Positions 37,480 through 46,594 of a stretch of DNA of 52,993 nucleotides are shown piece after piece. The translations under genes were made by a program, and so were the position numbers. The notes below the pieces were generated by a model. The model had not been told where the DNA came from and made no database searches. It saw nothing but the letters and a program-made list of their open reading frames with translations. Numbering within the stretch: position 1 is the first letter of the stretch; every line of letters starts with the position of its first letter. This DNA is from a virus (taxonomy: Duplodnaviria; Caudoviricetes). The stretch lies in IMG/VR virus record IMGVR_UViG_3300025083_000046, positions 1-52,993 of that record, one strand, 5' to 3'.

Positions 37480-37860
37480 TTAATGTAAATCAATATCGTA
37501 CATATTATTTTTCAACCTTCTCTTGATGATATCTAGATCATGAATAGTAGTTGCTTTTCGTACATCTTTTGCTAAATTGTACACTGGCTTGGGTGCAGGG
37601 ATGCTTGCAAATATTTGCTCGTACTCTTCTGTATCAACCTTTATCATAGCATCATTAGATTTTATCAAGTCTTTATATCTATTGAGACCATTGATAACGG
37701 TAGCATGAGTACGATTAAACTCTTTAGCTATATTGTGATATGACATTCCTTGTTTACGCATAAATGTATATAGATACATACGCTTATTGTTTAAAGTTGC
37801 GTGTCGTTCTGGTGAATCAAGTTTGTCTCTTTGAATTATTTCTTTAATTAGTTCTGTCAT
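37480..37860 (-). CDS. DnaA domain IV-like helix-turn-helix protein
   Basis: SYHNIAKEFNRTHATVING resembles the DnaA signature (IGxxFxRDHTTV). Confidence 0.6.
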   Translation of the reverse strand: MTELIKEIIQRDKLDSPERHATLNNKRMYLYTFMRKQGMSYHNIAKEFNRTHATVINGLNRYKDLIKSNDAMIKVDTEEYEQIFASIPAPKPVYNLAKDVRKATTIHDLDIIKRRLKNNMYDIDLH

Positions 37861-38176
37861 TTGATTTTAAATATTTATTTTCAAGTATTAAGTCTAGGTA
37901 ATCATCAGAGGCGATAAGGTTGAAGTCCATTAGATATGGCGATTCCTCCTCGCTATTATATATCTCAATGCTAAAGAAGATTGCCTCCTTCTTATTATGA
38001 ACAACGCCCCCATGTATCTGACTATCCATATCATTGTAGGGAATGTTTGGGAAGCACTCGTCAATAAGTCTAGCCACACTAAGAGATACTGATAGAGGAA
38101 CTTCTTTAAGTTTATCAATAAAGTTTTGATCCACCTCATAACTATTCACCTCTGTATATTTCTGTTCTGCACCCAT
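37844..38176 (-). CDS. hypothetical acidic protein, 110 aa
   Basis: Overlaps both neighbours in the operon. Confidence 0.6.
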   Translation of the reverse strand: MGAEQKYTEVNSYEVDQNFIDKLKEVPLSVSLSVARLIDECFPNIPYNDMDSQIHGGVVHNKKEAIFFSIEIYNSEEESPYLMDFNLIASDDYLDLILENKYLKSNDRTN

Positions 38177-38384
38177 GTTTTTCTAACTCTTTAATTCTAT
38201 ACTCTTGAAGTTTTGATACCTTTCCATTGGGTGTCTTTACTTCGCTAAAAAGAACTCCGGTGTTTGGTGGTATCGCAATGATGTCTGGTATCCCATTCTT
38301 ATTAGTGCGTACCAATTTGATTACATAGTATCCTTGATCCTCTAACTCTTTAATACGTTTGCTTTGTATCTGCTGCTCCGTCAT
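38142..38384 (-). CDS. VRR-NUC-family nuclease (resolvase-like)
   Basis: TEQQIQ...GIPDII...FSEVKTPNGKVSKLQ. Confidence 0.85.
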   Translation of the reverse strand: MTEQQIQSKRIKELEDQGYYVIKLVRTNKNGIPDIIAIPPNTGVLFSEVKTPNGKVSKLQEYRIKELEKHGCRTEIYRGE

Positions 38385-38842
38385 AGCTTGTTTAATTTAT
38401 GTCTACTTAAAAAGTATCCCTTGCCATGTCCTAAGTCTTTTATGTTCTCATCTTTTATTAATGTTTCTTTTGATGCCCATCCTATAAAATCAACAATGTT
38501 ATTATCTACAACAGCTAATATATATATGTCTACATCTTTATTTATTTTTAACGTGCTTAAAAGATTCCCTTTTTTATGGCTTGTAGATTTGATGTCATAC
38601 CTATTATTATTTCGTGTAATACCATCGTAGCTGCCACTCCTAGGGCTTAATCCAAAATCAGGAAATAGATTGTTTGCTTTTGCAAAAGCATACTCTGCTT
38701 TGAACCCTTGTACATCTGCCTCTACTCCATCTTGGTTTCCAATCTTTGCATCTACCACACCATTAGATCTAGCAATTGAAGACCTAAGAGTTCCTATGTA
38801 TTTACATAAAGAAACTTCTTTATCATCTAGCCTAACCTTCAT
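38381..38842 (-). CDS. hypothetical protein, possible PD-(D/E)xK-like fold
   Basis: G..AE.A, YDG and YDIKST pattern; AT-richer than its neighbours. Confidence 0.5.
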   Translation of the reverse strand: MKVRLDDKEVSLCKYIGTLRSSIARSNGVVDAKIGNQDGVEADVQGFKAEYAFAKANNLFPDFGLSPRSGSYDGITRNNNRYDIKSTSHKKGNLLSTLKINKDVDIYILAVVDNNIVDFIGWASKETLIKDENIKDLGHGKGYFLSRHKLNKL

Positions 38843-38843
38843 A

Positions 38844-40076
38844 TTACAAATTTAAGAATTCTCGTTTAAAGTGTCTGACCGTATAGTTCTTCTTCTTAGA
38901 CACCGCCTTGTAAATGTCAGACTCAATCCCATCGATGGAGAATATCCAATACACTTGGTTGTGCAACCTATCCTTGGTACTCATCCTATCCCTTGCTTGC
39001 CAATAACTTGTGGCACTAAAGTCAATGTTAAAAAACACAAGGCAGTCGGCTTGGCGTAGTGATATACCCTCACGCCCAGAGACAATCTGTAGAGCAATGT
39101 TTTTATCGGTGGTGTTGAACTCTTCAAGATCCGTAGTGAGGTTATCCTTGTACACCTTCTTCAATACGTTCAGCTCCTCCTTGAACTTGTAGAAGATGCC
39201 AATCTTCTTGCCCTCAAACTTCTTCTTGATGAACTGACCCTTACTTAAATCCATCACCATTGAGTTACCACTCTCAAACTTTATAGTCCCGGAGTATATC
39301 TGATGTAGCTTAGACATCAGCTTCACTGCGGTGTCTGCAAGTATTACTTCCTCATTTCCTTCCACTACTAAGTCCTTCTTGAGTCTATTAGCTAGGTTAT
39401 AAGTCTCTCTACTCATAGCACAATGCAACACTGTCTCCTTGGTTTCTACCTTAAACCCTGCCTCCTTCTGACTATAGCTAATCATATAGGGTTGCATCAC
39501 ATCTAATATCTTTGTGCTTCCCCTAGAGTAATCATTAATCATGTGGCTACCTATCTTCCTTTGAAATACATTAACAAACTCAGAGGCAAACTTATAGAAG
39601 CTCTTGTGATGACTGAATGGATTCGTTCTTATGCTATACACCTGATGATACATCTGAGAGAAACTCTCAGGGGTAGGCGTACCTGACAAGAGGATAACCT
39701 TGGAGTTGCAATCTCTTACAATGTCTCTTACTTGCTTCGCTCTTTTGCTAGGCTTAGGGAATGCTCCCATCGTATGGGCCTCATCACATATCACCATATC
39801 CCAATTTAACTTAGGCAGTTTATGTAGGCTTTCGTAGTTGATGACATACAATGGGAAGCTAGGGTTGAGGTTGTCATAGTCTTCAATGATACTTTGCATA
39901 GCCTTCTTCTTGGTTATAAACAAAGCATTGACTGCTCCAACCTTATCCACTATGCCAAGACTCGTAAGCGTCTTTCCGGTACGCACCTCCATCGCTAGGT
40001 AAAGAAAGCCATGATTACTAATAACCTTTGCGCCTCTTTGTATTATGTCTTCTTGGTAATCTCTAAACTGTATCAT
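38844..40076 (-). CDS. SF2 (SNF2-like) DNA helicase
   Basis: FRDYQ, RTGKT, DEAH, LSGTP, EGISL and QARDR motifs. Confidence 0.9.
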   Translation of the reverse strand: MIQFRDYQEDIIQRGAKVISNHGFLYLAMEVRTGKTLTSLGIVDKVGAVNALFITKKKAMQSIIEDYDNLNPSFPLYVINYESLHKLPKLNWDMVICDEAHTMGAFPKPSKRAKQVRDIVRDCNSKVILLSGTPTPESFSQMYHQVYSIRTNPFSHHKSFYKFASEFVNVFQRKIGSHMINDYSRGSTKILDVMQPYMISYSQKEAGFKVETKETVLHCAMSRETYNLANRLKKDLVVEGNEEVILADTAVKLMSKLHQIYSGTIKFESGNSMVMDLSKGQFIKKKFEGKKIGIFYKFKEELNVLKKVYKDNLTTDLEEFNTTDKNIALQIVSGREGISLRQADCLVFFNIDFSATSYWQARDRMSTKDRLHNQVYWIFSIDGIESDIYKAVSKKKNYTVRHFKREFLNL

Positions 40077-40950
40077 CGTCCCAATTTAATTCTAACTCAG
40101 TCTGTGACCTAGGAGACAGGTCGTTTACACCACACATACCATTGCAGTCAAACAGAGGTTCGACATTTCTTTCAGGCATATCATCTAAGCATTTGTTGTT
40201 AGGATACAATGGATGCTTCTTTAAGAAAACTAGATGGGCTTTTTTATCAGTCTTCATTTTTTCCTTTGCTTCATTTGACTGATCCTTTAGCATGGTGACA
40301 GGGCTTCCTCTTAACTCAGTAAGTTCATGCTCTAAGTCAGACATGACATCAAACTTTTCGGGAAAGTTCTTACGCATCTTCTGCCAATAACCTATACCTC
40401 CTTGAACACATCCTGTTGAAAAGCAATTGTTGTTTTTAAAACCTAGCTTATACATCTCAGGTATCTCAATGCCTGCTTCCTGAACTATATCAATGCACTT
40501 TTGTTTGTCATATCCAAGTAGAAGCAATGGGTATATGGGCTTTGCTCTATCATAATAGTTCTTGGTCATAGATAAGGCACGAGCGAACTCCTTCTTGTCG
40601 AACTCAAATCCAAACACTTGATGTTTAAAGTCATTCTTCTTCTCCCACTTCTGCCTAACCAACCTCTTTAAATGTGTAGAACATATTGCTCCAGTCGCTG
40701 TGTTCAGAGACTTGAACTTCCTCCATACATCAAATATGTTTCCATACTTATCACCTATCCCGGAGATAGTTTCAATAGGTAATCCATACCACTGCTCACA
40801 GTCCTCTTTAAATCTATAGGTGTCGGGGTGTTCATTCTTAGTATCAATCATAATAATTCTACAGTTATCAACACCATACATATCAATAGCAATCTTACAC
40901 GCTACCGCTGATGTTATACCACCACTCCACCATCCAATTATCTTTTCCAT
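40063..40950 (-). CDS. PAPS-reductase-like / PP-loop family protein
   Basis: N-terminal WWSGGITS PP-loop variant; C..HLK and YxLGFKNNNC..GCVQGG Cys cluster. Confidence 0.7.
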   Translation of the reverse strand: MEKIIGWWSGGITSAVACKIAIDMYGVDNCRIIMIDTKNEHPDTYRFKEDCEQWYGLPIETISGIGDKYGNIFDVWRKFKSLNTATGAICSTHLKRLVRQKWEKKNDFKHQVFGFEFDKKEFARALSMTKNYYDRAKPIYPLLLLGYDKQKCIDIVQEAGIEIPEMYKLGFKNNNCFSTGCVQGGIGYWQKMRKNFPEKFDVMSDLEHELTELRGSPVTMLKDQSNEAKEKMKTDKKAHLVFLKKHPLYPNNKCLDDMPERNVEPLFDCNGMCGVNDLSPRSQTELELNWDDDTV

Positions 40951-40953
40951 ATT

Positions 40954-43380
40954 TTAAAATTCAAATTCATTAGTATCTTCAACACCTTTCTTACGAGTCT
41001 TTATCCAACGACCACTCATGTCACGCCCCTCTTCTGGAGCAAGTTTGGTGTGGTACATACAGTAAGCGTGAAGCCATTTGTAAAACTTGGTTCGACTCAC
41101 AGTCATCTTTGCCTTAGGTGCAAAGTCAGGATTGTCTTGAATGAAATCAAAGTACAAGTCCTGCTTCAATGTCCTAGTTCCTAGTGAGAAGTTTTTAAAC
41201 ACCTCGTTAGGCTCATTGCCATCCACCAATCCACACCACTCAATAAACTCATGACAAGTCTCAGCAGATAACTTACGGATACTAAGGTTTACAAAGGTAG
41301 ACTTTATCAATCCAGTGTCTAAATATCTACTCAAGCAACGGATCATGTAGTTATCAAACTGACACCACTCATTGTCATCCCATTCACCGAACATCAACTT
41401 ACCGAACTCATCCATCGGAGTGTACTCCTTGGTGTAGTATTGATTCAGCTCAAGCTCCCACTTACGTCTCTCAAAACTATTGCCAGCACCCTTGATAGCG
41501 TAGTTAGTTGTGATTGTAATCTTAGGAGACTTACCGAATGGTATCTTGATAGCATCCTTATTCTTCTTCTCAAGCGTTAACCCCTCCGTAACTACACTAA
41601 ACAACCTCTCGAAGTCAAAGTGCTTTCTAACGTCATCAAAGCATAGTATCTGAGTGTCTGCACTAACCAATTGATATGCAAAGCTACGCTCAAAGTTAAA
41701 TGACTTTCCATCTATGACCACTAACTTCTTCAGTTGAGAGAGTGCGTTCATAAACAATCCCTTACCTGTACCTCCTTCAGGGTGATCGCTTATCACCTCA
41801 TCGTTAAGAATTACAGCTGGGCAATATCCTAAATCTTTGTATGCGTGCATAAGAAATCCTATAGTAGACTCCATAGACTTTGCTCGCTCGTTATCAGATC
41901 CACAGATATTAAATACAAACTTTTCAAAGTCACATTTAACAATGTCACATATACTAAACACCCTATCAATCACATGGTCTTTCCAAACGTATCCACCCAA
42001 GTCTAGGTAGTCAATCATCTCTACTCCAGCCTTAGTCACCTTGACTGCTGCATTGCGATAGTAAAGGTATGCTGCATTCTTGGTGTCCTCAATGAAGAAC
42101 ACATCAATGCTACCTAGCAATGTCAAGAACTCTTCTCTAAAGTATCTAGTGTTGTCGGCAAAGTAATTGTACACCTGTACATCATCAAGCTCCAACAAGT
42201 ATTCCAATATGAAATCTTTTATATCCTTCTCAGATGTGTGGTCGATGAGGTTGTTAGTAACCTTAACGAACACATAGTTCTTACTACCTTCTGGATTGTA
42301 TTTGTAAAAGCCATTGTCCTCAAGGAACTTCTTGAAAGATATGTGAACAATTTTTATTACACCCCGGTCAGACTTTGTCCAGAACTTTTGATTGGATGTC
42401 TCTTCTTCGAGCCTACCAATGACAGCCTCAGCTACACCATCATCAACCGAAGAGTCTAGAAGTTGATGACGGATTTCTTTTTTTGATATACCCCTCCTCA
42501 TCTGAGACTTGACATTGTTTATCTTGTCCTCATCCTCATAGTACTTTGTACCAAACGCCTGAGTGTTTGCATACGCAGAATCAATCGTCCTTTTTATCTC
42601 TGCTGAATTAAAATCCTTTGTCGCATAATTTGCTAGCACATACTCAGTCAAGCTCTTGTTAACACCGAACTCATTCATAGCCATAGCCAACACATATACG
42701 TTGTGATTACGTTGGCCCTCCACCATAGGATACTTTTTCTCCCACCACTTTACTAAGATGTCTACAATCTTATTCTCATCTGTAATTGGAATGGTTGCTC
42801 GGTCTTTAAACTTTACCACCTCTTTGAAGTTGTCATCCTTAATCTCTGTCCATACACTTGACTGAGGATTGATATAAATTAAAGGATCGTAACTCTCGTA
42901 ACAAACTCGGCTAACATTCTTGCTCGTCTTGTCAAAGTGTTCAGAGTTAAAGTGTTCATCTAGTGCATTGAAATAATTTTTGTGGTTGTCTCCATCACTA
43001 GGTATCTTAACCAATACCTTGAGACCATTTCCAGATGGTGATATGAATATTGCATACACATAATTATCCTTACTGTAAAGCTCCTTCACCTCAAGTAAGT
43101 CCTTCTGCTTCTTGTAACCATCAAAGTCTAAGCATATCAATCCACTATGCTTCATCAATGAAGAGTCGGTTCTCTTGTTAAACTTTCCAGAGAAACATAT
43201 CGCTGGGAGCTGTTGCTTTAGTTCGTTTATAATGGTCTTATCCTTCTCCTTTCTGATCCTCTTAATTAAATCTTTGGATGATCCCTCTTTGATTCTTTCT
43301 AAGATAAATTCTACCTTCCTAAAGAATGGTTGCTCGGTAGATTTGATATCTCTGAATATAGTTATGTCGTTTTCTGTCAT
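40954..43380 (-). CDS. primase-helicase (BT4734/VirE-N-like primase, PriCT, SF3-like helicase)
   Basis: K.QLP...FSG.F, LICLDFD, FISPSGNGLKV, EGQRN, Walker A GGTGKG, FDD, ITTN and SFERR. Confidence 0.85.
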   Translation of the reverse strand: MTENDITIFRDIKSTEQPFFRKVEFILERIKEGSSKDLIKRIRKEKDKTIINELKQQLPAICFSGKFNKRTDSSLMKHSGLICLDFDGYKKQKDLLEVKELYSKDNYVYAIFISPSGNGLKVLVKIPSDGDNHKNYFNALDEHFNSEHFDKTSKNVSRVCYESYDPLIYINPQSSVWTEIKDDNFKEVVKFKDRATIPITDENKIVDILVKWWEKKYPMVEGQRNHNVYVLAMAMNEFGVNKSLTEYVLANYATKDFNSAEIKRTIDSAYANTQAFGTKYYEDEDKINNVKSQMRRGISKKEIRHQLLDSSVDDGVAEAVIGRLEEETSNQKFWTKSDRGVIKIVHISFKKFLEDNGFYKYNPEGSKNYVFVKVTNNLIDHTSEKDIKDFILEYLLELDDVQVYNYFADNTRYFREEFLTLLGSIDVFFIEDTKNAAYLYYRNAAVKVTKAGVEMIDYLDLGGYVWKDHVIDRVFSICDIVKCDFEKFVFNICGSDNERAKSMESTIGFLMHAYKDLGYCPAVILNDEVISDHPEGGTGKGLFMNALSQLKKLVVIDGKSFNFERSFAYQLVSADTQILCFDDVRKHFDFERLFSVVTEGLTLEKKNKDAIKIPFGKSPKITITTNYAIKGAGNSFERRKWELELNQYYTKEYTPMDEFGKLMFGEWDDNEWCQFDNYMIRCLSRYLDTGLIKSTFVNLSIRKLSAETCHEFIEWCGLVDGNEPNEVFKNFSLGTRTLKQDLYFDFIQDNPDFAPKAKMTVSRTKFYKWLHAYCMYHTKLAPEEGRDMSGRWIKTRKKGVEDTNEFEF

Positions 43381-43520
43381 TTTAATGTCAATTAAATGTC
43401 AATTATTTTTATTTAACTTATTGATTATCAATACTTATGTCGATTATGTCGATTTTATAGTCAGTTTCTAATAGAAAAAACAAAACTATAAAAGTATAAT
43501 TTATATATAGTAATGATGAA
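43361..43520. other. candidate replication origin (TGTC-core iterons, IHF site, AT-rich)
   Basis: TGTC cores at 43365, 43375, 43386, 43397, 43438 and 43447; palindrome at 43419-43433; IHF consensus at 43414-43426 (- strand). Confidence 0.5.
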
Positions 43521-43534
43521 TGTTTTTTTGGCAT

Positions 43535-43568
43535 AGATAAAGAGAGGGGACACCAAAAATCCCCTCTC
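43535..43568 (-). terminator. intrinsic terminator after the SSB-like gene
   Basis: GAGAGGGGA-loop-TCCCCTCTC followed by TTTAT on the - strand. Confidence 0.7.
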
Positions 43569-43588
43569 ATGTATCACCTTCTGATTAA

Positions 43589-43879
43589 TTAGAAAGGCAA
43601 TTCATCCTTGTCTTCCTCGACTGTAGCACGTTGGTCTTGCTTCGGCTCAGGCTTCGGTTCTGACTTTGCATCTGGCTTGTAAGTATCAATGCTCACATGA
43701 TGGGTTTTACCATACTGATCCGCACCACCTTTCTTTGCACCCACATTTAACTTAGTGTACTTCTTACCGTTGTACTCAAAGATGTGTTCTTGTGGTATGT
43801 CTGTTAGACATAAACTTACTGATATCAAGTTATCAAAAACTTGCTTACCATTTCCTACGAAAATTTTATCTTCCGCCAT
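43589..43879 (-). CDS. probable single-stranded DNA-binding protein
   Basis: Small beta-rich core, flexible (PKPE) linker and acidic C-terminus EEDKDELPF; next to recombination genes. Confidence 0.65.
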   Translation of the reverse strand: MAEDKIFVGNGKQVFDNLISVSLCLTDIPQEHIFEYNGKKYTKLNVGAKKGGADQYGKTHHVSIDTYKPDAKSEPKPEPKQDQRATVEEDKDELPF

Positions 43880-43896
43880 AAATTATAATTTAAAAA

Positions 43897-43954
43897 GTTG
43901 CCTCTGATTAAAGAAGCCTGCACCCTAGACAGAGGACACTCCAAGGAACAGGCT
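43897..43954 (-). promoter_or_regulatory. predicted RNA hairpin/pseudoknot in the SSB 5' leader
   Basis: AGCCUG/CAGGCU and CCUUGGA/UCUAGGG stems; loop CCUCUG is complementary to downstream CAGAGG. Confidence 0.55.
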
Positions 43955-43962
43955 ATTATCTA

Positions 43963-44433
43963 TTAGTCTATTGTGAAATTAAACTTGTATCTAGACTCAG
44001 TATACTTTCCCTCATAGTTTAGCAAGAATGTATAGTCACCACTCTGTGATATTGCATCCTTAAATATAGGGTAGTCTTCCTCTGAGAATAGTATCTGACC
44101 TTTCTTGTAACAGAATCCACTAAGCACTGCAACATCTCCAGATGGTTGCTTGAGTTTGATTTCTTGGAAGGTACTACTTATCCAGCTCTCCTTTGACTTT
44201 CTGTTGTATGGGTAAATTGAAATGGTGTAAGACTTAGTCTGACCATCATGCTTCACAAAGAACCCACAGTCACTATTAGTTGTTGCTGAATTAGTAAACA
44301 CCCCGACCACATCAAAGTACTCAAAGGTTTCGTTTGTCTTGTCACCGAAGTCATCTACATAGTACTCGGTGTTCCATTGAGCATAGCTCACTCCTATCAT
44401 TGCTAATGCAATGCTTAAAAATAATTGTTTCAT
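43963..44433 (-). CDS. secreted/periplasmic hypothetical protein
   Basis: Sec signal peptide MKQLFLSIALAMIGVSYA followed by Q. Confidence 0.7.
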   Translation of the reverse strand: MKQLFLSIALAMIGVSYAQWNTEYYVDDFGDKTNETFEYFDVVGVFTNSATTNSDCGFFVKHDGQTKSYTISIYPYNRKSKESWISSTFQEIKLKQPSGDVAVLSGFCYKKGQILFSEEDYPIFKDAISQSGDYTFLLNYEGKYTESRYKFNFTID

Positions 44434-44437
44434 AAGA

Positions 44438-45193
44438 TTAAATTAATTCTTGTTGAATAATAAAATGTTCAGGGTCATGGGTAGGACTTTCCCCCCAGAA
44501 TTTTTCATACTGATCCAAGGCGGTCATCACCTTTTCCCTTCCTCCCTGAATGAAGGTGTCAGTTGGTGGAAATATTCCAAGATTATGCGTCTGCTTATCA
44601 ACCACATAGAAGACCAATGGCTTACCAAATATTTGTTGGTAAATGTAGCACTGGCTGTCGTAGTTGTATCGCTTTGCGGATCGTGGAAAGTTTTGAATGT
44701 CACTCGTTGTTTTTAAATCAATTATAAAATCATCGGTGATGATGTCAGCCTTACCCTTCCACCATACTCCTCTGATTTTTTCTACTCCAGGTACTTCGTA
44801 AGTGTTACCCGGCTCATAAATGTCATCAAAGAATCTGATGTTAGACTTCATTGCCGACACCCATTCCATACACTCTTCTTGCTCCTTAGAAAGTAGTAAC
44901 ATCTCCTCAGAACTTTTCTCCACTGCCTCTTTGTATAGCTTTGTGTTGCGACTTGCAACGTCAAGTACCTCATAGAGTCCTGTCTTGTTTGGCTCAAGCA
45001 TTGCAGTGTGAAAGTATCTACCCAACAACATTGCCTTGGTCTGCTCAGTTGGTTTACCAAAATCCTTTGGGTTGTTCAACAACACATCAACATTGGAGTT
45101 GGATAAAAACTTACGTCCATACTCACCATAGTATTGGTCATCATTCTTCAGAACTTCCTTGACCTCTAGAAGCTCTTTCTCTGTGAATTGCAT
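44438..45193 (-). CDS. PD-(D/E)xK exonuclease (RecE/exonuclease VIII, DUF3799-like)
   Basis: LSNS, GRYFHTAMLEP, KGKADII, IIDLKTT and YDSQCYIY. Confidence 0.8.
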   Translation of the reverse strand: MQFTEKELLEVKEVLKNDDQYYGEYGRKFLSNSNVDVLLNNPKDFGKPTEQTKAMLLGRYFHTAMLEPNKTGLYEVLDVASRNTKLYKEAVEKSSEEMLLLSKEQEECMEWVSAMKSNIRFFDDIYEPGNTYEVPGVEKIRGVWWKGKADIITDDFIIDLKTTSDIQNFPRSAKRYNYDSQCYIYQQIFGKPLVFYVVDKQTHNLGIFPPTDTFIQGGREKVMTALDQYEKFWGESPTHDPEHFIIQQELI

Positions 45194-45801
45194 TACTTCT
45201 GAACGCTTTTATGGTATGCACTAATCTCTTTCTTTGCCTTAGCATTTATGGTATACTTCTGACTAAGCAGCTTTGTGATTTGAGCAAGTGTCTTGGCGCT
45301 ATTGTTAGAGACATAAGCCAATACCCTCTCCATGTTTTCAGTTCCTACCTCAAGGGCAATGAGTTTCTTTTCCTCTACCTCTTTAGGTACTTCAATCGAC
45401 AAGTCCTCACCTGTCCACAATGCTAATCCGATACCATGCATAGCAATGGCTTTGGCTGTGGATCGTTGGATGGTCTTGTTGACATCGAACATATTTACCT
45501 TGTCTACTGGTATTGCATTATTGCGAAAGTCCATGATAGGTAGATAGTCAATATGCTCAACACCATTTGCTGTTACACCGACCTTCACATAACAAGTGCG
45601 ACCATCAGTAAAGTAATTTAACCCGGTATGCTCATGCTCATACACCTTTCTTTGTGCATCTGGACAATGGGTTTTTAATAGATCCCACGCAGAGGCCCAA
45701 CTGATGTAGGACTGTGCGCCTTTCTTTTCAATGAAGCCTTTTATGTCAACGCTTTTGAGCGTCTCATAGGTAGACTTTACCTTTGTTTTTGTATTTGACA
45801 T
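45193..45801 (-). CDS. Sak/Rad52-like single-strand annealing protein (DUF1071-like)
   Basis: EKKG..SYISWASAW, LPIMDFRN and NKTIQRSTAKAIAMHGIGL. Confidence 0.8.
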   Translation of the reverse strand: MSNTKTKVKSTYETLKSVDIKGFIEKKGAQSYISWASAWDLLKTHCPDAQRKVYEHEHTGLNYFTDGRTCYVKVGVTANGVEHIDYLPIMDFRNNAIPVDKVNMFDVNKTIQRSTAKAIAMHGIGLALWTGEDLSIEVPKEVEEKKLIALEVGTENMERVLAYVSNNSAKTLAQITKLLSQKYTINAKAKKEISAYHKSVQK

Positions 45802-45805
45802 TTGA

Positions 45806-46201
45806 TTATAATTTACTAATTTGTGTTACAACTTTTAAGTAGTTGTCCATTATTTTTTGACGAGATGTTTTTAAACTTTTCAAGTGTTTATCATTTCGTC
45901 TCGTATTGATTTCAAACTTAACTCGTTCAGCTATTTTGTCTAACTTTACTTGATAAGAATTCAACACTAACTTCAGCACTCCCTTGCGCCATCCATTCTC
46001 ACATAAAATATCGTACTCCTCTTGGTTTAGTTCCTCATAAACCTCTCCCTTTGGTTTGTACACATATATGTTATGCTTATCCCCAGACTCAATCTTAAAT
46101 CCTTTATATATTAAACACTCAGTATTTTTGTATGCATCCACCATATGAAACGCATCGTGTTGATTGAAGGCATCGTCCCAAATGCTATCTAAACTACACA
46201 T
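45806..46201 (-). CDS. hypothetical protein, 131 aa
   Basis: Packed operon. Confidence 0.65.
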   Translation of the reverse strand: MCSLDSIWDDAFNQHDAFHMVDAYKNTECLIYKGFKIESGDKHNIYVYKPKGEVYEELNQEEYDILCENGWRKGVLKLVLNSYQVKLDKIAERVKFEINTRRNDKHLKSLKTSRQKIMDNYLKVVTQISKL

Positions 46202-46488
46202 TCCTCAATGTTCTTTATGATTGTTCTGATGTCTCCATCGTTTATCATACGCTCACGCATCTTGTTTGCTCCATGCAAAATTGTAGAGTGAGCCATACGC
46301 TTACCTCCCCTAGCCATATAGTCCTGGATGTACTTTACATTCATAGGTCTATCAATGCATAGTAAGAATAACATTCCCCTAGCATCTACAATTCTCATTT
46401 CCTGAGAGTCCGAGAAGAACTCATCGTCTGCAATGTCGAAGCGTTTACATACTGCTTCCAAGTACTGATCAAAGATTTCACTTTTCAT
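46189..46488 (-). CDS. DnaA domain IV-like DNA-binding protein
   Basis: AVCKRFDI...FFS.S...IVDAR.M...HSTILHG resembles DnaA_C. Confidence 0.65.
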   Translation of the reverse strand: MKSEIFDQYLEAVCKRFDIADDEFFSDSQEMRIVDARGMLFLLCIDRPMNVKYIQDYMARGGKRMAHSTILHGANKMRERMINDGDIRTIIKNIEECVV

Positions 46489-46514
46489 TTTATTTTATTT
46501 TATTTTATTTTTAG

Positions 46515-46594
46515 AGGGTATGAGGGGAATCGAACCCCTCTGTACCTTGCAGATTATATGAACTAGAAAACAAATTAAATCCTGCAAATACCCT
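46515..46594 (-). ncRNA. tRNA-like structured element lacking a D-arm
   Basis: AGGGTAT/ATACCCT closing stem, TTGCAG/CTGCAA arm and GAGGGG-TTCGATT-CCCCTC T-arm; no canonical anticodon arm or CCA. Confidence 0.55.

Noticed and set aside
46515-46594. Canonical tRNA gene
   Set aside because: No D-arm, no 5-bp/7-nt anticodon arm and no CCA; reported only as tRNA-like.
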